Below, piece after piece: positions 11,701-24,279 of a stretch of 64,000 nucleotides of DNA. Made by a program: the position numbers and the translations under genes. This stretch comes from Lama glama (lineage: Eukaryota), in assembly GCA_028534125.1 (NCBI GenBank), contig CM052817.1, positions 6,884,001-6,948,000 of the forward strand, read 5' to 3'. Below the pieces are notes generated by a model. It did no database searches and had not been told where the DNA came from. It worked only from the letters and a program-made list of their open reading frames with translations. Numbering within the stretch: position 1 is the stretch's first letter; each line of letters opens with the position of its first letter.

Positions 11701-12797
11701 TTTTGTTGTTGCTTTTTGTTTGTTTGTTTGTTTTAGTTTTTATTGAAGTGTAGTTGGTTTACAACATTAGTTTCAGGTGTACAGCAAAGTGATTCAGTTA
11801 CACACATATATATATTTTGTTATTTTCAGATTCTTTTCCATTATATATTAATACAAGAAATTAAATATAGTTTCCTGTTCTATACAGTAGGTCTTTGTTG
11901 TTTATCTATTTTATATATAGTAACATGTGTCTGTTAATCCCCAACCCCTAATTTATCCCTCCTTGCCCTTTCTCTTTTGGTACCATAGTTGGTTTTCTAT
12001 CTGTGAATCGATCTCTATTTTGTAAATAAGTTCATTGGTGCCCTTTTATTAGATTTCACATATGAGAGTTATCTTTCTGGCTTACTTCACTTAGTAAAAA
12101 TTTTCAGGTCCATCCATGTTCCTGCAAAGGTCATTATTTCATTCTTTTTTTTTAATAGCTGAGTAATATTTTTTTGTATCTACACACAACATCTTCTTTC
12201 TCCAGTCATCTGTTGATGGGCATTTCAGTTGTTTCCATGTCTTGGCTATTATTGATAGTGCTGCTGTGAAATCTGGGATGCATGTGTCTTTTTGAATTAT
12301 AGTTTTCTCTGGATATCTGCCCAGGAGTGGGATTGCTGGATCATATGGGAAGTTTATAGTTGTGAAGAATCTCTATACTGTTTTCCACAGTGGCTGCACA
12401 AATTTACATTCCCACCAACAGTGTAGGAGTGTTCCCTTTTCTCCATACCGTCTCCAGCATTTATTAATTGCAGAATTTTTAATAATGGCCATTCTGACTG
12501 GTGTGAGGTGATACCTCATTGTAGTTTTGATTTGAATCTCTCTAATAATTAGCAATACTGAGCATCTTTTCATGTGTCTATTGCCATCTGTATGTCTTTG
12601 GAGAAATGTCTATTTAGGCCACTTAGGTCTTCTGCCCATTTTTTGATTGGGTTATTTGTTTTCTTGGCATTAAGCATATAAGCTGTTTGAATATTTTGGA
12701 AATTAGTCCCTTGTTAGTCTTGTCATTTGCAAATATTTCCTCCCATTCTGTAGGTTGTCTTTTCATTTTGTTTATATTTCCTTAGCTGTGCAAAAAA
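11701..12797 (-). mobile_element. Nested 5'-truncated L1 inserted in ORF1 of the older L1
   Basis: T-rich tail, 3' UTR and ORF2 C-terminus ([46 protein letters not shown]); host ORF1 continues on both sides. Confidence 0.92.
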
Positions 12798-14134
12798 TTT
12801 CAGTTAGTGTATTCTTCAGCTCTGTTTGTTTCCTTTTTATATTTCCTAAATCTTTGTTAATATTCTTACTGTGTTCATCCATTCTTTTCCTGAGTTTGTT
12901 GAGCATCTTTATGAACCTTCCCTTGAACTCTTTATTAGGTAGATTGCTTATCTCCACTTCACTTGTTTTTTCTTCTGTGGTTTTGCCTTGTTCCTTGGTT
13001 TGGAACATATTCCTCTGTCTCCTCTTTTCACCTAATTTGTAGGCAAATTATTTATTCCTATGTATTTATTTCTATGTATTAAGAAGGTTTGTTACATTTT
13101 CCAAACTTGGAGAAGTGGCCTTATGTACAAAATGCCTTATGGGGTCTTGTCGCACACTCTCCTCTAGTTATCAGAACCATATTCCTATGTGGGATGCACG
13201 GGCCCTTCTGCTGTGGCAGGGCTGATTATTGTGGGTGCACAGGTGCGCAAGGCTGGCCCCCGGCCTGACTGGCTTCCAGCCTTGCCTTGTGCCATGGTTA
13301 CTAGTTCTTTGGTTGACAGGATCAGTTCCCAGGGTGGTTGGCAGCAGGAGCCAGTGGGACCTGGGGCTGAGGATTGCCCACTAGTGGATAGAGCTGGGTT
13401 CCAGGGCAGCTGAATGCTTGACCCTGTAGGTCCCGGGACTTGTTGTGGCTGATGGTGGGCATGTAAGCCCCTGGGGCTACTGTGCTAGAGGGAGGGTTCC
13501 AAAATAGAACCTGCCAGCACCGGTGTCCTGGAGTTAGAATGAGCGCCCCAGATGGCTGCCACCAGCGTCTGTATTCCTGGGGGAGTCCCAGTTGTCAAAT
13601 GCCTCTTCAGGAGGCTCTTCGAGACCTGCAAGTAGGTCTGACTCAGGCTTCTTTCAAAGTGCTGCCTCTGCACTGGAAATCTGAGCGTGTGAGCAAGGGC
13701 ATGTGCCTTTAAAGACCAGAGTCTTTCTTTCTGGCTCTCTCATGTGCAAGCCCCTCTGGTCTTCAAAGCCATATATCACGGGGGCTTGTCTTCTCAGTGC
13801 AGGACCCATGGGCTGGACAGGCTGGTGTGGGGCCCAAACGCCTCACCCTTTAGGGAGAACATTTGCAATTGTGATTATTTTCCTGTTTGTGGGTCCCCCA
13901 CCCTGGGGTGTGGGTCTTGACTGTACTATGTTTCCGCCCCCTCCTACCCATCTTGTGATTCCTTTTTTATATCTTTAGCTGTGGAAAGTCTTTTCTGTTA
14001 GTCTTCAGGTTGTTCTCATAGATAGGTGCCCTATAAATAGTTGTAATTTTGGTGTGCCTGTGGGAGGAAGTGAACTCAGGGTCTCCCTGCTTTGCCAACT
14101 AGACACACCCCAAACCTCTTTTATTTTCTAAAAA

Positions 14135-14360
14135 TAAAAGTTCCATAGATCATGTTCTCTAAGCACAATGAAAATTGAATTAGAAACTGAAAGAAAAGTA
14201 AAATATATTAGTTAAAAATCTAATGAGACAGAGACACTATATCAGTGGAAATTACAAAATACATTGCTCAGAATTACAATGAAAACACAGCATATTAAAA
14301 TCTGCTATACATAGTTAAAATGGTATCGAGGAATTTACATCCTTAAATGTAAGAAACAAA
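14135..14360 (+). mobile_element. Ancient L1 (L1M-type) ORF2 fragment
   Basis: tcatgttctctaagcacaatgaaaattgaattagaaa...aatgaaaacacagcatattaaaatctg resembles the end of the EN domain. Confidence 0.55.
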
Positions 14361-17300
14361 AAAGTGAGGGAAAAAAGACAATGAAGACGAAGAAGAAGAA
14401 AGGAGAAAAGGAGAAAGAAGAGGTAAGGGTCAGAGATCATCCTAGGGAGAAAATAGGAAAGGATATAAGGCATGGGGGTCACATTTTATGTTTGAGCAGC
14501 TTCCTCATGTTCCAGGGGGTGAACTGGTCTTATATCTGGGCATCCGGTTGATGGTTCCAGGAGTGTGGGCTGGGGTGGGAGTAGGGTTACATCATGTGTT
14601 GTTCAGAAACATTAATTGACTTTCTCAAAAGCAAGTGGCTCTTATCAGAGTTGGTGTTTAACCTAGATCCTCTACCTTCCCAGTGAATTTGAATATAATT
14701 TAATGCTCCTCTCAAAAGTCATAAATATTTGTTTAACATATACATAAATACATTGTTTTGATAATGCATCTGTTAAAATAGATCTATGTGCAAATATCTC
14801 TTATATTGGTATCAAGCAAGGTATTTGCTCTTCATTTTCCTTGAAGAATGTAGATATATTTCTATATTCTTCACTTGACTCTTTGTAGAGAACTTATAAG
14901 ACTTAGGAGTTGCATTGAAATATAGAAGGAAGTTGAAATGGGCATACAGCTAAATGAATATACATCAGCCTTTAAGATTTCTTTGTTAGCAACAAGCCTT
15001 TCTGATTCTTCAATTGCTTAATGAGTTCTACTTACTGTTGCTGAAGTAAGGAGCCCCAGGTACTGAGTAGTGGGGAGAACCACCTAAGGAAGTGAGAAAA
15101 CTGACCTTTGAATTACCGTTTTATATTTTTTTAAATGGAGCAGAATATGATAATGAATTATTTTGCTTTGCCTGGTCATCTAAAGTCCTTCTTCATTATA
15201 AACATTGTCCTATAATGATCATCTTATTATCCAAACAAGGCTGTCTCTTCACTCTCAGGACCAAGGTCTGAATGTTTGAATACACGTAATAAAATAAAGG
15301 TTCAAGCCAGTCTGGGACTCCTCTTAGACTTCCAAAAAGGTATAATTTAGTGCCTTTTAAGCTTTCAAGTACTTGACAGAGAGAATATAGATTTGCCCAC
15401 CTCTCTTTTTATCGCTTCAAGGTATAAGTAAACAAAGATATTAATATGAATAAAAAGAGCACTAAAAATTGGAGGGTAAAAAGAACATTGGGAGAGGCCA
15501 CAAACTACATTGAGTATGCAACAAACTAAGTTTGGGCAGTTGCTGATTTGAGGCTCATTGTTGCCAAGGTCTTAGTTCAGCCACAGATACACCAGCACAT
15601 TCAGATGGAGAGAACAGACCCACAAGCAAAGCCCTGGTTAGAACGCCAGGCTTGGACACACCCCCATCTCCGCACAAGCACCTCAGGGTTCTTTAGGCTC
15701 ACTCACTTACACACTGGGTTCTCCAGGATCCTGGTTGGTGCATTGAAAGGGCTTTGGAGTTAAATTAAGCAGAAACAGAGAGAAAGCTACTGAAAAGGGA
15801 CCATGCCAACCAGTGAGCCAGATATCACTCTGAAAGGCAGGTGTTCTGAAGCCTTATTTCAAAAAGAGGCACCCCTGAAGGCAGAAAACTAAGTAAACTT
15901 AGGAAGGCTGCCATCTACAGTTTAGTGAAGAGCTCTTTCCAAAATGGGATGAATTGGCCCTGTCTTAGTTCCAGAATCTCTCCAGAAGAAATAAGGGGTA
16001 AGTAAACATATTCTAAAAGTACACGTATGCCAAGATATGGCAAATCCCTTTCATCTGAAATAAAATTCCTAGTTGCTCTTACTATCTTGAGGTACAAATT
16101 CTCAGTTAAATATTCTGGCATCTGATTTATTTATCAGTTGTTTCTCATGCTAAGGAGAAGCTCAGTGCATTTGAGAAACAAGGTCTGCTTAATGATTTAT
16201 TCAGCAATAAAAATATAGTTATGATTTTTCTGGCATCACTCAGCTACATTATGTTAACATATGTAACAAACTTGGACAAGTTGTAGGTCATATTGTCTGT
16301 GGTCACTGTATGTGTGTAAAATAACAATACTTCTAATGTGTGCTTTCCCTTGAAAACATTGTCCACATCTTACTCATTGTATTGTGAAGAGCCTAGAAAT
16401 CTGTCTGGTATTTATTTGTAGCTCAAAAATGTCATTCTCGTCTATTTCCACCTCTCCTAAAGACTGCATAATTCATTTCCAAATAAGCATCATAGATTCA
16501 AAGACGGACCAAATTAGTTTAAGAACAGAAAAGTAATCCTAGCACAGCACTTGACACGACAGGGTATTGGGGATAATTTTCTGTACCACTCAGCTGTATT
16601 ATCTGAGAATCTTTGGAATTCTTCATTTTAATTTCCGAACCTTTTGAATTCTCACTTTAGCAATATTCATTTCCGTTTCTGATGACTTATGGAAATCCTT
16701 TTGATTCTGGACCCGTCTAAATAATTTTATTTTGTCATGCTGTCATCTGCAAACTACGTTGTAGGTGTTTAACACCTTCACCTATCACAGCATGCATCGG
16801 TGCACACAAATTCTGAGCAATTAAGGAAGTAATTGTGCTGTTCGACCTGTTTTACGCAAGACACATCTCAACTCAATATGTTAAATTTCAAATGCTCTCC
16901 CATTGTCTTAAAAGATGAATAATGTTCAAATAGATATGAGCAGATCTGCAAGGGAACACATGGATGGTTATGAAAATGCCTGTTTCAGACAGAGATCCTG
17001 TTCCCGCAGCTGCTGTGGGTTCTCTGAAGTGATTCCGTATTGTGAAAAGAGATCGGCAATTTTTGTTGATAATGTCCATGTGAAAATTCGGCATCTGCAT
17101 ATTTTCCTAGTTAAAGAAATAATCCTAGAGCACTAATTTACTCTAAAGACATAGACATCATTTGGCTTCGCAAAAACAGAAAACTGAGCTAAGGTCCACT
17201 TCCTATTTATGTGTTGTAACCTACAGCAGTCAGCTGCAATGTTCACTGAAGTTTAAAAAAAGAATTTCAATGTGAAGTATAAGGCCACTGGCACAGGGAC

Positions 17301-17574
17301 TCTTTACCCTAAGTGGCAATTTGAATTTAATTCCAAATGATACCTGTGTAAATTTTTTGTCAGCATTCAGAAAAACGCTCAGCCTTGTTTTTCTCCTCCA
17401 CAACACTTCTACTTCTTATTTGTATTCTATGATTGTCTAAACCAAACTATTTTGCAATTATGTGTTTACAAATGTTTCTTGTCTACTAGGAAGATACTGA
17501 GGACAGCAAACATATCACATGTGTTTCTATAACCCTAGAATCTTGTCCAATGGCTCTCAAGTGTTATCTGAATA

Positions 17575-17608
<34 letters not shown>
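17575..17608. repeat. (TA)n microsatellite
   Basis: Read directly from the sequence. Confidence 0.95.
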
Positions 17609-17610
<2 letters not shown>

Positions 17611-17899
17611 ATTTAATGGGATCGCATTTTCTTTCTTAACATTCAGGATAACCTCATTTCCCTTAAATATCAATTCCATTCTATACTTTTTCTCTGCAAA
17701 TTTCAAAGCACTTTAACTCAGTGATCGCAAAGATAGCATTGGATCATATAGGGTGCATTGTTTGTTAGCTGTTTTATTAATTACTCAATTGATTAGTTAA
17801 TTAATGAATATAGTAATTTATCTAATAATCAGACATTTCACAGTTTTTATTTTTTATGGACAGGCAACACATCTGGAAAAGAATTTTCAATTTCCAAGA

Positions 17900-18075
17900 A
17901 TATCTAGTCCAGTGCTAGGTATGCACACTAGTTGTGTAAATGTGGACAAGTTACTTAACATCCCTTTGCCTCAGTTTCCACTATTATTAAATGAATACAC
18001 AACAGAATACTGTATTTGTGGTAAAGATTAAACGAGTTATATGGGTAAGGTGCGGCCACAGAATAAGTACTATAG
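17900..18075 (+). mobile_element. MIR SINE
   Basis: ggacaagttacttaacatccctttgcctcagtttcc core. Confidence 0.8.
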
Positions 18076-18089
18076 AACTGTTGACTGTT

Positions 18090-18380
18090 CTCACTTTCTT
18101 GTGGGCAGGCAGAGAATACGTCTATAGTGAAGCATAAAAAATAAGAAAAATAGAAGTCACTAGGTAGTGATAAGTACTTAAGAGGAAACATGGAGTCATA
18201 GGCTACATGAATCTTTGAGACAAGGGGTATTAAATTTTAGATAGGTTATGCAGGGAAGAATTATTTGCAAAGTAATATTTGAATAGACCCAGAAGACTTT
18301 GGGAAGGAGGTAGATGAATTTTGGGGGAAAGCCCATTTCAAGCAGTTGGAACACCAAGCATGGAGACCTTGAAGCAAGAT
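18090..18380 (-). mobile_element. L2 LINE relic
   Basis: ggtagtgataagtactt...ttttagataggttatgcagggaag...caagcagttggaacaccaagcatggagaccttga resembles the L2 3' region. Confidence 0.6.
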
Positions 18381-19736
18381 CTTAATGATGATCTGTCTCC
18401 TGTAGCAAAATAAATGTTAGTATCTATTTTTCTACAACCATGTTTTGAATTTAACCCAGTTGTCTCCAAACTTCCATTGACTGTGCTGATCAAATTCAGA
18501 ACATGTGTCCCCAAATATTCCTATTATGTATTTGCTTGCTTGTTCCTCAATTATATGCACGTTCTATTATACCAATGTAGTATGTATGATATAAAATAAA
18601 ATGTGCCAAGGGAAATAGAAATAATAAGGTGATAAAATAAATATATAAATGAGAATTCTAATATTTTCTTCTAAACTCAGAAATATCTTCTTAGCTACTC
18701 CAAATGCCAAACTGTAGCCTCTGGATGTCATTACAGTATTTCATCACCTTTGTCTTTTCTATCTTTTCATTTTTTAAAACTGTCTTTACATATGTTTCTT
18801 TTTAAAAGTTTTTCAAGATTAATCATCAGAGGCATCAGAAGTGGGGTAAATGAAATTTTACCAGAGACTCCCCGGGGTAAAATTTGATTCTCAATTCTTT
18901 ACTCTTCATTCTCTGAAAGATCAAATACAACACTATATAAAAAGTGAGTCTTACCTTCAAATCAAAACTTGTGGATTAGACTATTTAATACATCAAAGAT
19001 TTCTCCTGCTTATTGAAACTTCATGTGCATGAGGGAACTAGGTAAATGTTACAGAAGGGAATCCTTATGTTTTTTCTCTTTACAGTCAATGTAATAAAAT
19101 TAGATACAAAGTTGATATTTCTCTAGTGAGATTATTTAATGATGAGTATTTTGACCTCTCCTGCTTCAGGTAGAAGAACAAAATCTGAAGGAGTCAAATT
19201 TTGCCCAAGGTCACTTTTGGAATCTGTAATAAAATTTCAATGTGTGGGTTAACAGTCTGTGTTTTGGTCCCCAAAATACTTTCATAGAAGACACTGCAGA
19301 AAGCTGGTAGACTTAAAAAAATTAACTATAAAATAATGGCCGTCCTCAAAATAAGTGGTTTCTCTTTCTAAAATCTTGCAAAATCTATCAGAGGAAAAAA
19401 ACCAAGAGACCTCGAGAGGAGAGGAGCGCTCCCAAGCCCTCCATGGGAGGATGGGTGTCCTGCAGAGAGCGTGTCCTCATAGACACTCCCATTGATCATC
19501 TCACAGCTCAGACACACTGTATGCTCATTCCTCAACATGTTCTGACCTTGTTTTATCCAGTTGGGTGTGAGTCACCAAAAAAGTGAAATGTGACTTATTT
19601 CCATGCCCTCAAGATTCACATAAAAAGATCAGAATGATATTTTTTTTTCCAAAACTGACAGGAAGAATCTAACAATATCTGATTGCTAACCTAGTATCAA
19701 CCAAAACAAATCTGAGGGTAAAATTTTATTACATAC

Positions 19737-19823
19737 TTTTTTTTCAACGGAGGTATTGGAGATTGAACCCAGGACCTCATGCATGCCAAGCATGTGTTCT
19801 ACCACTGAGCTGTACTCACCCCC
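19737..19823 (-). mobile_element. tRNA-Ala-derived SINE (camelid vic-1 type)
   Basis: Reverse complement is ggggtgagtacagctcagtggtagaacacatgcttggcatgcatgaggtcctgggttcaatctccaatacctcc plus an A tail. It has Pol III A and B boxes and a tRNA-Ala(AGC)-like body. Confidence 0.85.
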
Positions 19824-19839
19824 TTTTAATGATTGATAA

Positions 19840-19842
<3 letters not shown>

Positions 19843-19878
<36 letters not shown>
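19843..19878. repeat. (TG)n microsatellite
   Basis: Read directly from the sequence. Confidence 0.97.
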
Positions 19879-19882
<4 letters not shown>

Positions 19883-19883
19883 G

Positions 19884-19923
19884 GTGCATGCCAAGCACAT
19901 GCTCTCCACTGAGCTATATCTTC
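19884..19923 (-). mobile_element. Second, partial tRNA-Ala-derived SINE (5' half only)
   Basis: gtgcatgccaagcacatgctctccactgagctata repeats the head of the neighbouring SINE; the B-box half is absent. Confidence 0.75.
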
Positions 19924-20119
19924 TACCATACACATTCAGAGACGAGAAAGCTAGGGCCAAAAACGTTATGTACATCGTGCTCATATTCACTTAATAATTT
20001 TGTGGTTTCATACCCATTGGCCCCAAAGACACAAACAGATATATCCATGCTTCTCTTCTTTATCTACATTTGCTGCTTTTTAATATTTTTATTAAAACTC
20101 CAATTTATTCCTGACAATA

Positions 20120-21126
20120 TTTTAAAAATTTTTTGTTGACATATAGTTTATTTACAATATTATATTAGTTCCAGGCGTATAACATAGTGATTCAAAATTT
20201 TTATAGATTATATTCCATTTATAGCTATTATAAAGTATTGGCTATGTTCCCAGTGCTACACAATGTATATCTTTGTAGCTTATTTTAGAAATAGTAGTTT
20301 GTAGCTGTTGATACACTGCCCCATATGACCCCTCCCACTTTCTTCTCCCTACTTGAAACACTTGTTTGTTCTCTATATCTGTGAGCCTATTTATTTTTTG
20401 TGATATTCACTAGTCTTTTTTTTTAAGATTTCACATGTAAGTAATAACAAAGGATCTATTTTTCTTTGACTTATTTCATTAAGTGTGATACCCTCCAAGT
20501 CCATCCATGTTGTTGCAAATGGCAAAAATCATATTCTTTTTTATGGCCGAGTAGTATTCCATTGCATATCTCTATCTATCTATCTACCTACCTATCTTCT
20601 TTATCTATTTACTGTTGATTTACATGTAGGTTGCTTCCATATCTTGACTACTGTAAGTAATGATGCTATGAACATTAGAGTGCATATATTTTTTCAAATT
20701 AATGTTTTCTTTTTCTTTAAATATATGTGCAGGTGTTGATTGGTGGATCATATGGTAGCTTTATTTTTAGTTTTTGAGAAACCTGCATAATGGCTGCACC
20801 AACTTAACATTCTCACCAATAGTGTACAAGTATTCCCTTTTCTCCACACCCTCCCCCATATTTGTTATTTGTGATCTTTTGATGATGGCCATTCTGACAG
20901 GTCTGAGGAGATATCTCACTGTGGTTTTGATTTGCATTTCACTGATGATTAGCAATGTTGAGCATCTTTTCATGTTCCTGTTGGCCATCTGTATTTCTTC
21001 TTTGGAAAAACATCTATTCAGTTCTTCCGCACATGTTTAATAAGATTTTTTTTTGGTATTGAGTTGTATGAGCTGTTTATATATTTAAATGTTAACCACT
21101 TTTCAGTCATATCCTTCACAAATATG
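20120..21126 (-). mobile_element. 5'-truncated LINE-1 (3' UTR and ORF2 end)
   Basis: Translation [34 protein letters not shown] plus L1 3' UTR motifs. Confidence 0.92.
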
Positions 21127-21940
21127 ACCAGCTGAAAAAGAAATATTCCCCTTTGTTTTATTCAGATGAATTGCCTAAACTTAATCTGATCACTACCAAA
21201 TATTTAAGTATGACTTTCTACAGAAACAGCTCAGAAACAGAAGATGAACATACCATTTTACTTAAAAAATCATATTTGGGGCCCCATTTACTTTCACCAG
21301 TAGTTAGTAACAGAACTCATCAGAGTAATCCAGTTGACATACTGAGATATAATTATCCTTCCCAATTGTTCATTTAAAATTGTAATTGCAATTAAAATTA
21401 CTGTATAATTTTAAAAAATCATAGCATATAATTGTCATCTTTCAACATGTATATATTATAAAGTAGAAGTATTTTTTCTTAACTTACATGAATTTGTTTC
21501 TCTAAAACCCCTTATTATCCAGATAACAAATATTTGTTTATGGTTTATCCTTTTGACAACATATGGTCTGCATTCAGTTTGATGCCACATTCTTAAAAAG
21601 CCACCATAAATGTCTACAAACAAAATCAACATGTTTTGTTGCATTGAGATGCTATTCTATACATACAATTTATCCATCATACATTAGTTTGCTTAGGCCA
21701 GACAGATAAATTATTCACCCATAAGATTTCTTTATTTATCCTGTATTTTGCGGAGTTTATAAACTTAGAATGTAGACGTTCAAGAAATGGGTTCTGGAAT
21801 CGCTTGTCAGCAATTTCATGCATCAACAAAGTAAGTCTACAAGGGAGTGGTGAGGATAGAAGTTTCAAGGTATGGTAAGTGAATAAATTATTGAAGGGCT
21901 TTGCAGTCAATAGTATGCATGGTCAGGTCAGTAAAGTAAC

Positions 21941-22937
21941 TGTATTATTTTGTTAAAATTGCTGTAACAATGTTCCACACACTGAGTGCCTTAACCACAG
22001 AAATGTATTATCTCCTAGTTCTGGAGGTTAAATTCCAAAATTAAGGTGTTGACAGGGTTGGATCCTTCTGAGGACTGTGAAGCAATAAATTCCACGCCTC
22101 TGCCCTAGCTTCTGGTACTTTGCTGGCAATTGTTGGTATTCTTTGATATGCAGAAGCATCACTTCAATATCTGCCTTCATTATTACATGACATTCTCCCC
22201 AGGTGCATGTCTGTATCCAGACTTCTCCTTCTTATAAGGACACAAATCATATTGGATCACGAGTTGCAGAAAAAATGTATTACAGCTCGGTGTTACAGCT
22301 CAGTTGTGACAGCAACCTTGATCTGGGTGAGAGATCACTCGGAAAGTTGGAGAACTCACATTTATTATGCCAGCGAGCCCAGAGAAGTTAACACTCCAAG
22401 CTCTGAACCCCTTCTGTAGGTTTACACAGGCTTTTATAGGCTGCCAGTTTACACTTTGCAACATCACATGCAAATGAGGTATAACAAAAGTTGACTAATT
22501 AGGAACAAGCTTTGTAGAAATGGACCAATCAGGAGGGAGAGAAATAACCAATCAGGAGTAAGCTCCATGCAAGTGAAGTACTACAAATGGACCAATCAGA
22601 AGTTAGGGAAATGAACCAATCAGGACTGAAGGAAATAACCAATCAGGAGTGAGCTCAGGAAATCAATAGAATTTTAGGGGTAAGTAAGCCATTTCATAGG
22701 CAAAAAGTGAGATAAAGCCTCTGGGCCAGGGAACTGGATAGTGCTGGCAGGAGAGTAGTGGCCCTGCCTGGGGGTCCTGCTGGTCTTTTTATGGGGTTTC
22801 CTGCCTCAATCCTACTGTGGTATGACTCCATCTTAACTATGACTTCAGTGACCCTATATCCTAAAAAGTCACATTCTGAGATATTGGGGCTTAGGACTTA
22901 AACATGAATTTCAGAGAACATGGTTCAACCTATAAGA
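21941..22937 (-). mobile_element. MLT1 (MaLR, MLT1C-like) LTR split by a younger LTR
   Basis: ttgctgtaacaa...cttataaggacacaaatcatattggat, then atgactccatcttaact...gtcacattctgagatattgggg...tcaacctataa after the insertion. Confidence 0.85.
22260..22808 (-). mobile_element. Solo ERV LTR with CCAAT array, nested in MLT1
   Basis: (c)GAG...CTCA termini and near-TSD atca/atcc. Minus-strand TATAAAA (about 22432-22438) and AATAAA (22361-22366). Five CCAATCAG boxes. Confidence 0.85.
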
Positions 22938-23799
22938 GCAGATTTACTCTACAGGTGGCACTGGGCTGGGAACTCTGAGGCACAGAATATAACAAAAAGA
23001 TTATCTTGGTTCTCATGGAAGATATTTTTAGTCCAAGAAGAACATGAAGTGATTACTTGGGGGAGATGTTGGTTCAGAAAAAAATAAGTGGCTTTAGAAT
23101 TGATAGTCACCTGATATAGAATCATTATTATCCCTAAATTCCTATGACTTCGAACAATTGACTTTGCAGATTGCAGCCTCCTTATCTGCAAGGTGATATT
23201 TTCCCATTAGATGTATGGCCACTAAACAGTGCTAAGCATTGGAGCTTTGGGCTTGAATTGTCTGGTGACCCGCACTTGAAGAAACACAGCACTAGATGTT
23301 TCCTGAGGTCTCATTCATTTCTAAGAGGTCATGACTTCCATCTGGAAGAGCTTAAGAAAGCTATCAAAAGTCAAAAGCTTTTTAGAAAAATTAATTACCC
23401 CGTCTTGATTCCTAACTTTTTTCTCACTTGTCCATTTGGCACTTGTGGTGGTCAGGGTCCTAGGAGAGAAGAACAAGGCAATGGACTATGGGAGAAATAT
23501 TAATGAAGAGGAGTTTTATAAATGTGTGGACAAGGTAGCGGATCAATGAGAATGATGAATTACCCCAGGGTTTTGCAATAGGAGGAGCCAGCTATGGCCA
23601 CAGGGGCAAGGGGAAGGGTGTTAGAAACAAGTACGAGTGCTCCGCGTTCGAAATGGCCACCCAACAGGAGCCTTTGAAAGAGGGATGCAGCTACTGCCAA
23701 AGTGCAGAAATCATCTAGCCCTCAATCGTATGGTTAGAATTCTGTGTAATTACGTTTAGATCTAGTGTTTTATTTGTAGCTAAGGATTTAACTATTGAC

Positions 23800-23885
23800 T
23801 CCGTCAACTGGGGCAAAAAAATGCACATCCCAAAAGTAGAGAATTAAGTTTTATTTGGAGGACATACTGAAGACTTGCCTCAGAG
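23800..23885 (-). mobile_element. LTR 3'-end fragment related to the LTR at 37154-37636
   Basis: cgtcaactg...tgcacatcccaaaagtagagaattaagttttattt resembles the reverse complement of the 37560-37636 end. Confidence 0.5.
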
Positions 23886-24279
23886 CAGCATCGGCCTTTT
23901 CCTCTCAATCTAATTTCATGTGGAAGGACATACAGGAATGAGTAAGGAGAGTTCCTTTTCCCCAAATGCCCAGAATTTATTTGAGCTGGAGAATGAGAGC
24001 AAAATTTCCTATAACTATGAACACACTGGAACTCATCTTAGTCTGATGAAGAAGAACTCTCTGGTTTCATGACAAGAATAAAATACCTACCTTATATGGA
24101 TTCCTTAGCATAAGTTATCCCACTTAATTCTTAGAACAACTCTTTAATATCAACTAGGTAACTGTCTCCCACCATCTCAGATATTTGTGCCTTCATCTGT
24201 CCCCTTGGCCACATAAATACTTGTTTCATCCCAGTTACTACTTAAACATCAAGCTCTATGAGCTCAAATGCAGTTGCCA

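Larger units (their letters stand above)
7849..14111 (-). mobile_element. Old full-span LINE-1 (5' UTR, ORF1, ORF2, 3' UTR), degenerate, internally rearranged, with two nested L1s
   Basis: 3' end at about 7850. ORF2 remnants include SKWIKDLNVRPETIKFLE and [16 protein letters not shown]1 remnants include EISNLPNKEFKGRFIKMLNKL. GC-richer 5' UTR at 13100-14111. Candidate TSD aagcctctttt (7838-7848) / aaacctctttt (14112-14122). Confidence 0.93.

Noticed and set aside
16915..17136. Cys-rich plus-strand ORF (CSRSCCGFS) resembling a phospholipid-scramblase motif
   Set aside because: Similarity is limited to a few residues, with no flanking PLSCR sequence and no supporting plus-strand splice sites.
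19737..19823. Functional tRNA-Ala gene
   Set aside because: Substitutions in the stems and anticodon region plus an A tail indicate a SINE.
22515..22650. CRISPR-like repeat-spacer array
   Set aside because: Eukaryotic context; these are CCAAT enhancer repeats within an LTR U3 with short, related spacers.
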